Shown here piece by piece: positions 36,666 to 46,089 of a DNA stretch of 64,000 nt. The translations under genes were made by a program, and so were the position numbers. The stretch is from a virus. The notes below the pieces were generated by a model. The model searched no databases, was not told the origin of the DNA, and was given only the letters and a program-made list of their open reading frames with translations. Each line of letters opens with the position of its first letter. The first letter of the stretch is position 1. The stretch is from the IMG/VR virus record IMGVR_UViG_3300021138_002011, positions 32,001 to 96,000 of that record; one strand, given 5' to 3'.

Positions 36666-37175
36666 TTATCTTCTTACCAACGATGTTAATGCACTGAGAT
36701 CTTTGATGCTTTTATTTGCATCATTTTGTTTTTTGTCAGAATCGTCTTTCTTTGCTGCTGCCGAATTTTTTCTGCGTAAATCTGCAAACTTGTCAGCCGT
36801 ACTAGCTATAACTGGTGTTTGACCATCGTCGTCGGTGTTGAAAATACGTAGTGTATTTTGGTCAAAACCGAGATGTACCTTACTTCCTACACCACTAGAC
36901 GAACGTGTTTTCAAAAACTGCACTTGATATTGTCCACGTTCTTTCATAGCTGTAGATGCAAAAATTGAAATCACATTATCAGCCGTTTGTATTTTTGAGA
37001 TACCACCGGATATATGGCTATGATCGTGTTCTTGTTCTTGAACTGACGAGTTGTGAGTTAATATGTTGTTAGCATAAAATAAATGGTTGCCAGTAACTGA
37101 TATATCTAGTGTATCTTGGATACCGATATATTCTATAGATTCAATTTCATCTAGCTCTGTAAAAAGTTGATACAT
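36666..37175 (-). CDS. gp41: gp41/DnaB helicase C-terminal fragment with IntC (42 aa, 37050-37175)
   Basis: TLDISVTGNHLFYANNILTHN|SSVQE..HISGGISKIQTAD..KTRSS. Confidence 0.92.
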   Translation of the reverse strand: MYQLFTELDEIESIEYIGIQDTLDISVTGNHLFYANNILTHNSSVQEQEHDHSHISGGISKIQTADNVISIFASTAMKERGQYQVQFLKTRSSSGVGSKVHLGFDQNTLRIFNTDDDGQTPVIASTADKFADLRRKNSAAAKKDDSDKKQNDANKSIKDLSALTSLVRR

Positions 37176-37930
37176 TCTTCAAATGTCCTTTGTGGATTGT
37201 TAACATAATCATATTCCCATACTGTCAATGTTTGGTAATTCTTGCTTTGATAGTACGCAATTCGGTTGGCATCTTTGTCCCATATATCTTTTGCTGACCA
37301 CATCGGCCGATATGGGTGCGGCGTGTCAGTAGATTCAAACAATGTCGGATTAGCATGTATACAGTCTCCATTAAACTCTATTATACGACCTTTGTAAAAT
37401 AAATCTGGACAAATACACCGAGTACCAATAATCGTTTGCCATTTAGCCGGAAGCTGCCATACCATTTCGTTTATACCATAGTAATATAAATCCGGTATAA
37501 TCTTTAAACAAGACATTATTACCTCCAATGACCACTTACTTGCTGTAAATTTATTAGGCAATGTCTTATTTCTGTACGCATTATATTTGGTTGTTCCTAG
37601 ATCGTTGCCGTATCTACTAACAAAATATTCTAAAGATTTTGATTTAGCTACTTTACATCGCAGTCGACCTTCTTCTTCTCCATATTTTTCAATATATCCG
37701 GCTAAACTAACCTTATATCCTTGTGCCCTTCGCTTTTTGTCCCAGATCTGATAACCAAGTTCCTCGCCATGCTTCTCTACAAACCATGCTAAATTTCTCT
37801 TGGCATATTTCCCTCTATTAGATTTGTAAGTTTCTGACCTCTTTTTGCAATACAAATTCCATTTAACTATACCATCTTCTTGTCCATATCTAGCAATATA
37901 GTTCTCCAGCGATGCTCCAAGTTTAGACAA
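37151..37930 (-). CDS. Homing endonuclease (Vsr-like C-terminus), probably truncated at the 5' end
   Basis: Four YG..G repeats; PDLFY..IIEFNGDCIHANP..TVWEYD; TTG start without a clear RBS. Confidence 0.7.
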   Translation of the reverse strand: MSKLGASLENYIARYGQEDGIVKWNLYCKKRSETYKSNRGKYAKRNLAWFVEKHGEELGYQIWDKKRRAQGYKVSLAGYIEKYGEEEGRLRCKVAKSKSLEYFVSRYGNDLGTTKYNAYRNKTLPNKFTASKWSLEVIMSCLKIIPDLYYYGINEMVWQLPAKWQTIIGTRCICPDLFYKGRIIEFNGDCIHANPTLFESTDTPHPYRPMWSAKDIWDKDANRIAYYQSKNYQTLTVWEYDYVNNPQRTFEECINFLQS

Positions 37931-38171
37931 CCGCGCAACTGCCTTGATAATTTATACCTGCAAACGGTCCAACAGCGGTTGAAAAAGCACCTTGATTTAT
38001 AGCACCTGCACATATGCCTATTGCTACTGAATATTCATTTTGACAAACTGAACCAGCACTTTGCAAATATAATGTGTTGGTAGCAGCTACGGTATCTGTT
38101 AAATTTGTAAACAGCATATTACTATCGTAACCTGCATACCTATATTTCCTTTTGTTCACTATGGTCAACAC
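37923..38171 (-). pseudogene. Fragment of an adhesin/fibre-like repeat protein
   Basis: SVAIGICAGAINQGAFSTAVGPFAGINYQGSCAV repeats that end abruptly at the endonuclease. Confidence 0.45.
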
Positions 38172-38364
38172 ACGCTGGTCAACTCTCTCAGATTAACCTC
38201 TAGACGGGGCAGACGTTCTAATATTAAACTACACACAGTTGGTTATATGGTTTTAATTATGACAATTGCTTATTGAAGTTAAGCTAGCATCTTATTTTAT
38301 ATTATTGCAAATACTGTAAACCAATATCAACTAAATATAGTTTTATATTTTGATTGGAGAGTTT

Positions 38365-39528
38365 ATGGCTGGATCATTATGTCTTAGATTATGGACACAT
38401 TTATATATCGCACCTACAGGTAACGTAAAACCGTGCTGTTTATGGTCAGCTACTAATACATCAGTTGGTAATATAAACAAAAACAGTATACAAGATATAG
38501 CTAATTCTGAGCCTATGAATCAAATTCGAGCAAAAATGCTAGCTAATGAATCAGTATCAGAATGCTGGATGTGTAATACTGATAACGCAACAGATAATAT
38601 AAAAAGATGGATTGATAAACGTTATGCAGCAGATTCGACTAGACTTTTAAAAAATACAAATAGTTTGGGACAATTAACTGCTCCTTTTGAAATGTTAGAA
38701 ATGGATATTCGTTTTAGTAATTTGTGTAATTTTGCCTGTAGGAGTTGTGGCGGATCTTGCAGCAGCACAATTGCATATGAAACCGGTGACAGTAATCCTG
38801 TAAAAAAAATAACAGACTCTGTACCAGATTATGTAGAGCAAATACACGGTAACTTACAAACAGTAAGACGATTGTATATTGCAGGTGGTGAGAGTGTGTT
38901 AATTGACGAGAACTGGCAACTACTAGACAAATTGATAGAATTAAATAGAACTGACGTCATAATTACGTATGTTACTAATTTAAGTAAATTGGTTTACAAA
39001 AATTATAGCTTGGTAGAGTATGCTCGAAAGTTTAGTAATTTTACCATTTATGCTAGTATAGACGCATCGTTTGAGCGTGCCAAGTTATATAGACACGGTA
39101 CCGATTGGAACAAAATTGAAGAAAACTTACAAACTATACGCGAGGCAGGATTAAAATTAATAGTTAGTCCTACAGTTGGTGCAGTTAATGTATGGCATTT
39201 ACCAGACTTACACAGGTATCTTCTAGAAGAAAATTTGATATCAAATAACGCTTTTATGCTAAACATTTTAACAAATCCGTCTGATATGAGTACCAAAGTA
39301 TTGCCAATGGATTTTAAAAAAATAGTTAGCGAAAAAATTGATAATCATATACAGTGGCTTACTCAGAATTCATATGGAACATATAACTGGCATAATTTAC
39401 AAGGTTTTATGAATTCACAAGATCATAGTCATATGATTAGTGCCTTACGAGCGCGTATGTTTCGTTTAGATAAATTACGAAATGAAAATACTTTAGAAGT
39501 ATTTCCAGAATTAACTGGAATTTTATAA
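38365..39528 (+). CDS. Radical SAM protein with an N-terminal SPASM/twitch-like domain
   Basis: CNFACRSC (CxxxCxxC), IAGGES, N-terminal C..W..GNVKPCC..CWMC; TAAATA upstream. Confidence 0.9.
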   Translation: MAGSLCLRLWTHLYIAPTGNVKPCCLWSATNTSVGNINKNSIQDIANSEPMNQIRAKMLANESVSECWMCNTDNATDNIKRWIDKRYAADSTRLLKNTNSLGQLTAPFEMLEMDIRFSNLCNFACRSCGGSCSSTIAYETGDSNPVKKITDSVPDYVEQIHGNLQTVRRLYIAGGESVLIDENWQLLDKLIELNRTDVIITYVTNLSKLVYKNYSLVEYARKFSNFTIYASIDASFERAKLYRHGTDWNKIEENLQTIREAGLKLIVSPTVGAVNVWHLPDLHRYLLEENLISNNAFMLNILTNPSDMSTKVLPMDFKKIVSEKIDNHIQWLTQNSYGTYNWHNLQGFMNSQDHSHMISALRARMFRLDKLRNENTLEVFPELTGIL

Positions 39529-39674
39529 AGTTTACAAGATTTACTAGTTGTCATGGCCTTCAACTATCCGCTTAACTCCTTTACAAGCTTTCGGGTCCTC
39601 GGCTCTATGCCAGATCTGGTAATTTCTTACAGAACGAGAAATATGTAGGCATAAATGTTCTCCTGTGTTGCAGT

Positions 39675-40967
39675 CTATTTATGCCGTACAATTAGTTTAT
39701 CACCAACTTTCAGTCCTGTTTCTAAACTTTTTTCTCCGTTACTTGTTGGGAACACATGATTATTACTACATGTAATAGTCTTTCCAGATTTTGTTGTGAT
39801 CTTAAACACTGGTCTAGGACTAACTTTGGTTACATCAGTTACGCTAACAGGTCCTTCATCTGAATCTAGCCAATCACCAACATTGACATCTTTGATTTGG
39901 ATAGTTTTACCATTGGCAGTTACAGTCGAGTCAAGAGTAAGGCAACGATTTAATTGTGCAGCGGTCTGCCCAATCATTTTACGTTCGACCATTAACCCTC
40001 TTAGTTCTTCGGTAACAAACTTATCCTTAACAAACAAGTTGCTTGGGTCAATTTTTTTATTGTTCGGAAACAACAAGTCAAGGTAATCAACAACTAGTGC
40101 ATCGGCTTTTTTTCCAGTTTCAATTTCATAGTTTTTGAGATATGCTTTGATATCATTTACAGTGCTACCTTGCGGCATTTGCTTAACATGCATACTACCG
40201 CTCTTGTGGCCAGCTTGTTTTACACGTATTTCAACTTCATCTAGCTTACGGAATATTTCTTTAGTTGCTACTTCACTAAGCATACTGTCCATTCTCATTG
40301 AACACAGTTCTTCACTGAGCTCTAGTGAAATATAGATAACATTAAGACCTTGTTTAGCAAAGTTAAGTGCAATATTTTGCAAAAACAATGACTTACCAAC
40401 ACCCGACCCTGCGCACCATATTGTAATCTCGCCTCTGTTTACCCCGCCATATAACTTGTCGTCTACATCGCGCCATCCAGTACTGATTTGTCCATTGTTG
40501 TCTTTAATACGAAGAAGCCTTGCACGAGGATCATGGAAGTAGTTGGTACCAATATCACTTTGCAAGCTGATTAGTATTGCTTCGCGTACACGTTTTTCAA
40601 CTTCGCCATAATTACCTTTTTCTATAAGATCCACTGCGCTTAAAACAGCGTCAGCAAGAGCTCTATTTTTACAAAACTCTTCGATTTCATCCAAAAATGC
40701 GTCTTGATGTTGTGCAGTAATGTTATCAATTTTTGCAAAATTCATCCCTGTTTCGGCATTAACCTGCTCAAACTTTGGTAATACACTATAATTCTCAGCA
40801 TGACTTAATATAAATCGCATAGCAGGACGAAGTTTATTAACAAAATATGTTGCATTGAGTATATTTTGACACCTGGCAAATATTTCGTCGCTGCTCAGCA
40901 GCACATTAATTAGCAGCTTTTGCTTGTCTTCAGTATATTCCTTTACCTCGTCTGGTTCTCTTGCCAT
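39675..40967 (-). CDS. gp41: gp41/DnaB replicative helicase N-terminal fragment ending in IntN (89 aa, from 39944)
   Basis: AGSGVGKS (Walker A), ISLELS, VVDYLDL and AAQLNR|CLTLDSTV..CSNNHVFPT. Confidence 0.93.
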   Translation of the reverse strand: MAREPDEVKEYTEDKQKLLINVLLSSDEIFARCQNILNATYFVNKLRPAMRFILSHAENYSVLPKFEQVNAETGMNFAKIDNITAQHQDAFLDEIEEFCKNRALADAVLSAVDLIEKGNYGEVEKRVREAILISLQSDIGTNYFHDPRARLLRIKDNNGQISTGWRDVDDKLYGGVNRGEITIWCAGSGVGKSLFLQNIALNFAKQGLNVIYISLELSEELCSMRMDSMLSEVATKEIFRKLDEVEIRVKQAGHKSGSMHVKQMPQGSTVNDIKAYLKNYEIETGKKADALVVDYLDLLFPNNKKIDPSNLFVKDKFVTEELRGLMVERKMIGQTAAQLNRCLTLDSTVTANGKTIQIKDVNVGDWLDSDEGPVSVTDVTKVSPRPVFKITTKSGKTITCSNNHVFPTSNGEKSLETGLKVGDKLIVRHK

Positions 40968-40968
40968 T

Positions 40969-41994
40969 TTAGCTCCTCAATGTCTTTCGTTTCATTTCTA
41001 TTTGTAACTTGCTGTGTGTTCGCGAGTTTATGATACTAGCTATTGTGTAAAGTCTTCCATAGGTTTTGCTAGCATCTGCTGCATCTTTTATGCCTTCACC
41101 CCATTCCGGAAAGCTTACCGACCATCCTTGCTCAAGTGCAACATTGATTAGATCTTGGTTATTCTGTTGTCGGTCAGGTACTATAATTTTCTCTTTGTCT
41201 GTCGAATTTAACCAAGATATTTGTTGCTTGTTCATGGTGCTGCCTAATGGTGATACACCATCTACTGCAATTGCATCAAACGGCCCTTCTGTTATCAATA
41301 CGTATTTCCGCGGTTGCAAATTTATAACATGATTATTAAACAAGTACCCTTGCGGAATATCGCTGTTAAAATACTTTGGAGTATTTTTTGGTGGTGTACC
41401 TGCATATCTTCCAGTCCACCCAATTATTTTGTTGTTGTGATAAAACGGAATTATAATGCGTTTGTTTAAATTCCATCTGGTTATAGGAGTCCAATGGTAC
41501 TGCCATCCGCTTGCAATTGCTCTACCACGAGTTGAAAGATATTCCATACAAGTTATTAGTTCTTCAGAAATTTCTTGTGATTCTGCCCACACTTCAATTG
41601 GCTGACTGTGGTTTGGCAGTTCTATTTCCTTAAAATGGTCTGTATGAAACACTTCAGGTAATACAATTGTTTCTATTTCTCCATTTAATTTTTTACTAAG
41701 AATTTCTAATTTAGCTTCTTGTATTTTGTTGTGTGGCACACCCAAATACCTAAGCCAATTTTCAAAATTACCTGTAAGGTCGCCATTGCGATATCCGGTT
41801 TTAAAGCCGCAATTGTAACAGTTAACAATCATTCCACCATCTGGAGTCAGAAGCAAATTTCCTCGAGATCTTGTATCGCGACTGTGGCCGCGGTGATGGC
41901 AACACACTGAATTAAAAACTATCCACCCTTTTGCAGTTTGCTTTCGCTTGGCTGGCAGATACTCTTCTACAAGTTGATGTACAAGTAACGTCAT
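40969..41994 (-). CDS. gp61: DNA primase
   Basis: Zn finger (CCHH..CYNC), IIIPFY, GWTGR and ITEGPFDA (TOPRIM). Confidence 0.88.
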   Translation of the reverse strand: MTLLVHQLVEEYLPAKRKQTAKGWIVFNSVCCHHRGHSRDTRSRGNLLLTPDGGMIVNCYNCGFKTGYRNGDLTGNFENWLRYLGVPHNKIQEAKLEILSKKLNGEIETIVLPEVFHTDHFKEIELPNHSQPIEVWAESQEISEELITCMEYLSTRGRAIASGWQYHWTPITRWNLNKRIIIPFYHNNKIIGWTGRYAGTPPKNTPKYFNSDIPQGYLFNNHVINLQPRKYVLITEGPFDAIAVDGVSPLGSTMNKQQISWLNSTDKEKIIVPDRQQNNQDLINVALEQGWSVSFPEWGEGIKDAADASKTYGRLYTIASIINSRTHSKLQIEMKRKTLRS

Positions 41995-42031
41995 ACTAGC
42001 ATTGTATTATACCAGTATCGGTGTCACAATA

Positions 42032-43222
42032 TCAGTTTTTATACAGTACCCCAGCAAAGTATCCGTGGTTACATGCCGGAAATCCGGGCGGACCAGGTGG
42101 TTGCGGTGGATACGGAATTGGTGGAGGAGCGGGTGGATACGGTCCGGGTGGTGGCGGATACGGAGCTGGTGGATAGGGCGGCGGCGGCACACAAGTTGGT
42201 GGTGGCCAACTTGGCGGGTTTGGTCCGCACGGCCACGGGCCGTTGGGCGGATTAAATGCGCGTCCCGATCTAGAACTACAGTTAAAGGGCAACGGCCCGC
42301 AAGGAATTGGACCGCATGATAATGCAGGCCGACTGTTGTTTGCTGCTGGCACAAACGGACTAACGCGGTAGTATTGATTGCATGTATTGCACTGCAAATA
42401 ATACGGATTTTCAAAAACAAATCTAACCCAATAATAGTTACCTGTAAAATTAAAAACTTTAATAGGCGGGCTATTAACAGGTGGAGTGTATTGATAATAA
42501 TCTGTCCCATTACCAATTGGTATATTAGACCAATCTATAGATGCAGGTGGACCAATGGTTAAGCTAACCTGTATCCAAAATTTTCCAGCATAACCATTGC
42601 CAGTATATGCAACAACTGTATGCATACCGTTACTGCGTTCTGCTTGAGCATCACCTTGTAAAGCGCCTGAGGCAAAAATATATTGGTTGGTTAAATCATC
42701 AACTGTTTCCGGAGTAAACTGATAGGCCGGTATGTTTACCGCAGGAACTAACGATGTGCTCATGCCTTCAATTAATTCAAAAGTACCATATGTACTGCGA
42801 TTCACATCCGTGTATAAAAACGATTGAACGCCTGTTACACTTGTGAGGCGGATTGTATATCTATAAAATCCTGCAAGCCAATGACCAATTTCAAGGTCGG
42901 TTAATGTTAATCTGCAAGTACCTGCAGTATCTTGTAACGTCTGTACCGGTTGTGTTAACAGTAACTCGGCTAGTGGATTGAACCCATTGCCCGGCACAGT
43001 AGTTACACTTTCTACACGTTGTATCAATGCATCTATCTGATATCCAACAAGATTAACTGGCTTACGGTCGTTGTTTCGTACGACAAAATCTATAGTGTTG
43101 GTTGCACCTTTGTAAACTGTTGTGTTATATTGTATCATAGGACCATTTATGTTAGGAGCGTTTCCGCCGGTAAACCAGAGTTGTACATATTCTCTAAAGT
43201 GAAACAAAACTTGGTCAACCAT
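42032..43222 (-). CDS. Putative virion/baseplate-associated protein with a Pro/Cys-rich insert
   Basis: VYKGATNTIDFVVRNNDRKPVNL; FNFTGNYYWVRF; poly-Pro region. Confidence 0.6.
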   Translation of the reverse strand: MVDQVLFHFREYVQLWFTGGNAPNINGPMIQYNTTVYKGATNTIDFVVRNNDRKPVNLVGYQIDALIQRVESVTTVPGNGFNPLAELLLTQPVQTLQDTAGTCRLTLTDLEIGHWLAGFYRYTIRLTSVTGVQSFLYTDVNRSTYGTFELIEGMSTSLVPAVNIPAYQFTPETVDDLTNQYIFASGALQGDAQAERSNGMHTVVAYTGNGYAGKFWIQVSLTIGPPASIDWSNIPIGNGTDYYQYTPPVNSPPIKVFNFTGNYYWVRFVFENPYYLQCNTCNQYYRVSPFVPAANNSRPALSCGPIPCGPLPFNCSSRSGRAFNPPNGPWPCGPNPPSWPPPTCVPPPPYPPAPYPPPPGPYPPAPPPIPYPPQPPGPPGFPACNHGYFAGVLYKN

Positions 43223-43311
43223 TTGCTACCATCTGCCTTTCTAGGTATTTATCTGTTTATTTCAAACCAATGTCAAACACTGATAAATACCATCACTAGA
43301 GATTGGAAAAC

Positions 43312-43686
43312 ATGACTCCCGACACACACAAGCTATTACAAGAAAAATTCCCTTTCTTAACCATAGTCACATACCTTAACAACGAATACATCGGAATCAT
43401 GCAGAATTCCGATGCTCAGTTTATTAGTATCTATGTTCTTGATGCAGTATTTACTAGCGAACATAAACGAGAATTTTTATTATGTGGCGAAACTTGGTGG
43501 TGGGAAAGCAATCGCACCATACCTATTAATTTGTTTCTTCGCGAACGCTTTAAGCCATTTAAACCATGTCTTAAAACATTCGCTAAAAAAGAAACTACAA
43601 TAATAGAAGGTCCAACTGTTAATATGATGGACCTTATGAATAAAAAACTTAAACGTCGCACTATACAACTTATTAAGGCACAGTAA
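43312..43686 (+). CDS. Conserved-looking hypothetical protein
   Basis: FPFLT..EYIGIMQN..GETWWWESNRTIPINLFL; TAAATA upstream. Confidence 0.7.
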   Translation: MTPDTHKLLQEKFPFLTIVTYLNNEYIGIMQNSDAQFISIYVLDAVFTSEHKREFLLCGETWWWESNRTIPINLFLRERFKPFKPCLKTFAKKETTIIEGPTVNMMDLMNKKLKRRTIQLIKAQ

Positions 43687-43882
43687 TTGTACGTATTTCG
43701 TCGTTTACCATAACAGCCAACGTTAATCGGTTTTTATAATCTAAGTTTTCAGGAAACAAATATTTTGCTCCTCTAAGGCTAAGATAGGCTGCAAGACTTT
43801 CTTGAGTAGACTTGTCCCATATCTGTAGTGCAACAAGCTCATGTATCCGTGTCGCTAAACTTTCCCACTCGTTATTTGTCAA
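43673..43882 (-). CDS. Small hypothetical protein
   Basis: 69 aa, overlaps the stop of the upstream gene. Confidence 0.5.
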   Translation of the reverse strand: MTNNEWESLATRIHELVALQIWDKSTQESLAAYLSLRGAKYLFPENLDYKNRLTLAVMVNDEIRTITVP

Positions 43883-44348
43883 GAGTAGTCACCGTTGTTT
43901 TCACTCGAATACGCCCGTCTTTGCCCATTTTTGCTGTGGTCTTACGAGCTTTATTATCACGCTTCTCTTGTTCTTCGTTTTCGTTACTCCATTTTTGCCA
44001 GTTGTCAACGTTACTCCATGCAAACACAGCAGCATCGCTTTTATCTTCAAATCGAGCCCACGCAGTTACAACAGAGTTGTTTTCTTTATCAGTTACAACC
44101 TTGGCTGTAATAGAAAAATTTCCATCAATGTTGTTAAGTGTTTTTAACATAGAGGACCATTGATCTGTGGCAATATCTGGGCTACGAAACAAGTATCCAG
44201 TGCTTAGTTTTGCCTTGTTGTTTTTCAACGGATTGTTTTCTAGGTATTCAGCCAATTTCACATGGTAACTACCATCGTTGCTTGAAAGTGCAATGGTAGT
44301 ACCAAGAGACGTTGTATCAGCTTTTAACTTAAGAACCTTAGACGGCAT
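43872..44348 (-). CDS. Hypothetical protein
   Basis: RBS AGGAG; consensus promoter upstream. Confidence 0.7.
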   Translation of the reverse strand: MPSKVLKLKADTTSLGTTIALSSNDGSYHVKLAEYLENNPLKNNKAKLSTGYLFRSPDIATDQWSSMLKTLNNIDGNFSITAKVVTDKENNSVVTAWARFEDKSDAAVFAWSNVDNWQKWSNENEEQEKRDNKARKTTAKMGKDGRIRVKTTVTTLDK

Positions 44349-44372
44349 GTTTATCTCCTGTACTTTACTGGT

Positions 44373-44400
44373 ATTATAGCATTTTAAGATTAGCTGTCAA
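44373..44400 (-). promoter_or_regulatory. Consensus sigma70-type promoter
   Basis: TTGACA-16 nt-TATAAT with a TG extension. Confidence 0.7.
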
Positions 44401-44995
44401 TAGTGTAGGTGGCTTGTTCTACAATAAGATTAGCATGCACTTTTACTAAAACAGCGTAACTGGTGGCATGACTTTTATGGAATGTGTATCCGCCGCTTGC
44501 AGAATTTGCCCATATCTCTTGTTTAATTGCATCAAACCCGTGTGCTTTACATTTTTCAAATAAATGTCGTTTTCCAGGACGTATCAAAGCCAGCACCATT
44601 GCTATTTCTTGAATATTGCAAGGTTTCAGGCTGGCAACCATGTCTGCATGATTTCCTAAATGTGTTAATTGTGATGTAAACTCGGGATAGGTTAATAAGT
44701 TATAATCAAGTTCTTGCGACATTAGATCTAACAAATGTTGTTCACTCTTTACTAGCTCATATACACCTACATTAAGTAAGTCGACCTTGTACCACCCTTG
44801 CTGTTCTGCTTCTTCGTAATTCAAGCTTGCTAACCCAGTAAGCGGGTCCGTAGGTACTGCGTGGAAATATACGCCTGTATTATGTTTTACTATATTATTG
44901 TTGCGTATTATTGATGCAGGTACGTAATCAAGCAATGCCAGTGCTTGATTACGATTGGCAAAATCTATATCAACATCGCCAACTAATTTACGCAT
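44390..44995 (-). CDS. Miniature DNA polymerase III alpha (DnaE)-like protein
   Basis: DVDIDF, HNTGVY, KVDLLNV, LALIRPG and YTFHKSHATSYA in only 201 aa. Confidence 0.8.
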   Translation of the reverse strand: MRKLVGDVDIDFANRNQALALLDYVPASIIRNNNIVKHNTGVYFHAVPTDPLTGLASLNYEEAEQQGWYKVDLLNVGVYELVKSEQHLLDLMSQELDYNLLTYPEFTSQLTHLGNHADMVASLKPCNIQEIAMVLALIRPGKRHLFEKCKAHGFDAIKQEIWANSASGGYTFHKSHATSYAVLVKVHANLIVEQATYTIDS

Positions 44996-45076
44996 GTATC
45001 GTCTCCATAATATTCTATAATTCTGTAGTAATAGTAATGGTTATGTCAATACATGGTGTCTATTCCTGTACTATAG

Positions 45077-45382
45077 TTAATCGTAACTAACTTTGTTGTC
45101 CAGTTCGGCATTGATTGCTTTAAAACGTCTCTCTGCGTTTGATAATCTCGTGGTTAAATTACGTATATCGTTTGTTAATTTGGCAATTATAGTTTGAAAA
45201 TTACGTAGATCACTAGTTAATTTTATAACCACTGCTGCGTCAACTACAGAAATCTTTTTGCCATCTATCTCCATTTCTTTGATCATACCTTTTTCCTGAA
45301 GGTGTATGCCCGTGTGTTGAGTTACTTGTGTAAGGGCATCATCGTTGTTGGCTTCGTACATACCGTTGTAATTGTTGTCCAT
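45077..45382 (-). CDS. Hypothetical coiled-coil protein
   Basis: 101-aa ORF. Confidence 0.65.
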   Translation of the reverse strand: MDNNYNGMYEANNDDALTQVTQHTGIHLQEKGMIKEMEIDGKKISVVDAAVVIKLTSDLRNFQTIIAKLTNDIRNLTTRLSNAERRFKAINAELDNKVSYD

Positions 45383-45384
45383 TG

Positions 45385-46089
45385 TTACATTCCGTTCTCT
45401 CTAAGTGTATTTCTTATAAAATCGCAAGTGTCTCTATTCTTATTAAATCGTATTTTCCATGGTCCGGGCGGCGCACAATTTTTGATTATTCCCAATTGTT
45501 CCGGGGTGCATCTTTCAAAAAAATCAACTGCACTGTCAACATTATATAGCACCCACGGAGATATTCTGCCGCTACGTATCCATGCAACTGCTTGATTAGG
45601 GTTTACGTTCCTAAAAAAGTTGGGCCAAGGTTCACCGCTTTGCATACTCCATTCGTTCATTAACATTACGTTACGTTCCAGGGCATCTTCGCCTGTTTCT
45701 TGTCGTGTCAATTCTCGTACATACTGTTCGTATACAAAGTCGTGTGTCCATTTATCCAATGGAAGATTATTTTTTATAACATAGTCTATGAATTTAGCAG
45801 GATCAATTGCATTCAGGTCGCGTATGTGCTTACCAAATTTGACGAATGCGATATAATATTGGCTGTCAATGAACGTGCGGTGGTTGTTTTTGAAATTCTT
45901 TGATTTGTTGTAGCTATTGAGCTCATAAAATCTACACCATGCAAGAAAGCCAAAACGTGCATGTGGTTCATCACGTTGAAACCACCGCCTCTTTTTTTCG
46001 CAACTATGATTTATAAGAGGAAGTTCATTTGAAAATTTCCGTTGGCAAAACTCGCACTGGAATTCGGTCATGCAGCTTGTTTTTTCCAT
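45385..46089 (-). CDS. Hypothetical protein with an N-terminal zinc finger
   Basis: FQCEFCQRKF..HSC. Confidence 0.7.
   Translation of the reverse strand: MEKTSCMTEFQCEFCQRKFSNELPLINHSCEKKRRWFQRDEPHARFGFLAWCRFYELNSYNKSKNFKNNHRTFIDSQYYIAFVKFGKHIRDLNAIDPAKFIDYVIKNNLPLDKWTHDFVYEQYVRELTRQETGEDALERNVMLMNEWSMQSGEPWPNFFRNVNPNQAVAWIRSGRISPWVLYNVDSAVDFFERCTPEQLGIIKNCAPPGPWKIRFNKNRDTCDFIRNTLRENGM

Noticed and set aside
38160-38220. IscB omega-RNA/HEARO-like element
   Set aside because: Only a short GTTGACCAG-like resemblance, with no IscB or TnpB ORF; kept only as an unassigned junction patch.
42002-42562. Overlapping ORFs in the proline-rich region
   Set aside because: They are shadow frames produced by GC-rich, low-complexity sequence.
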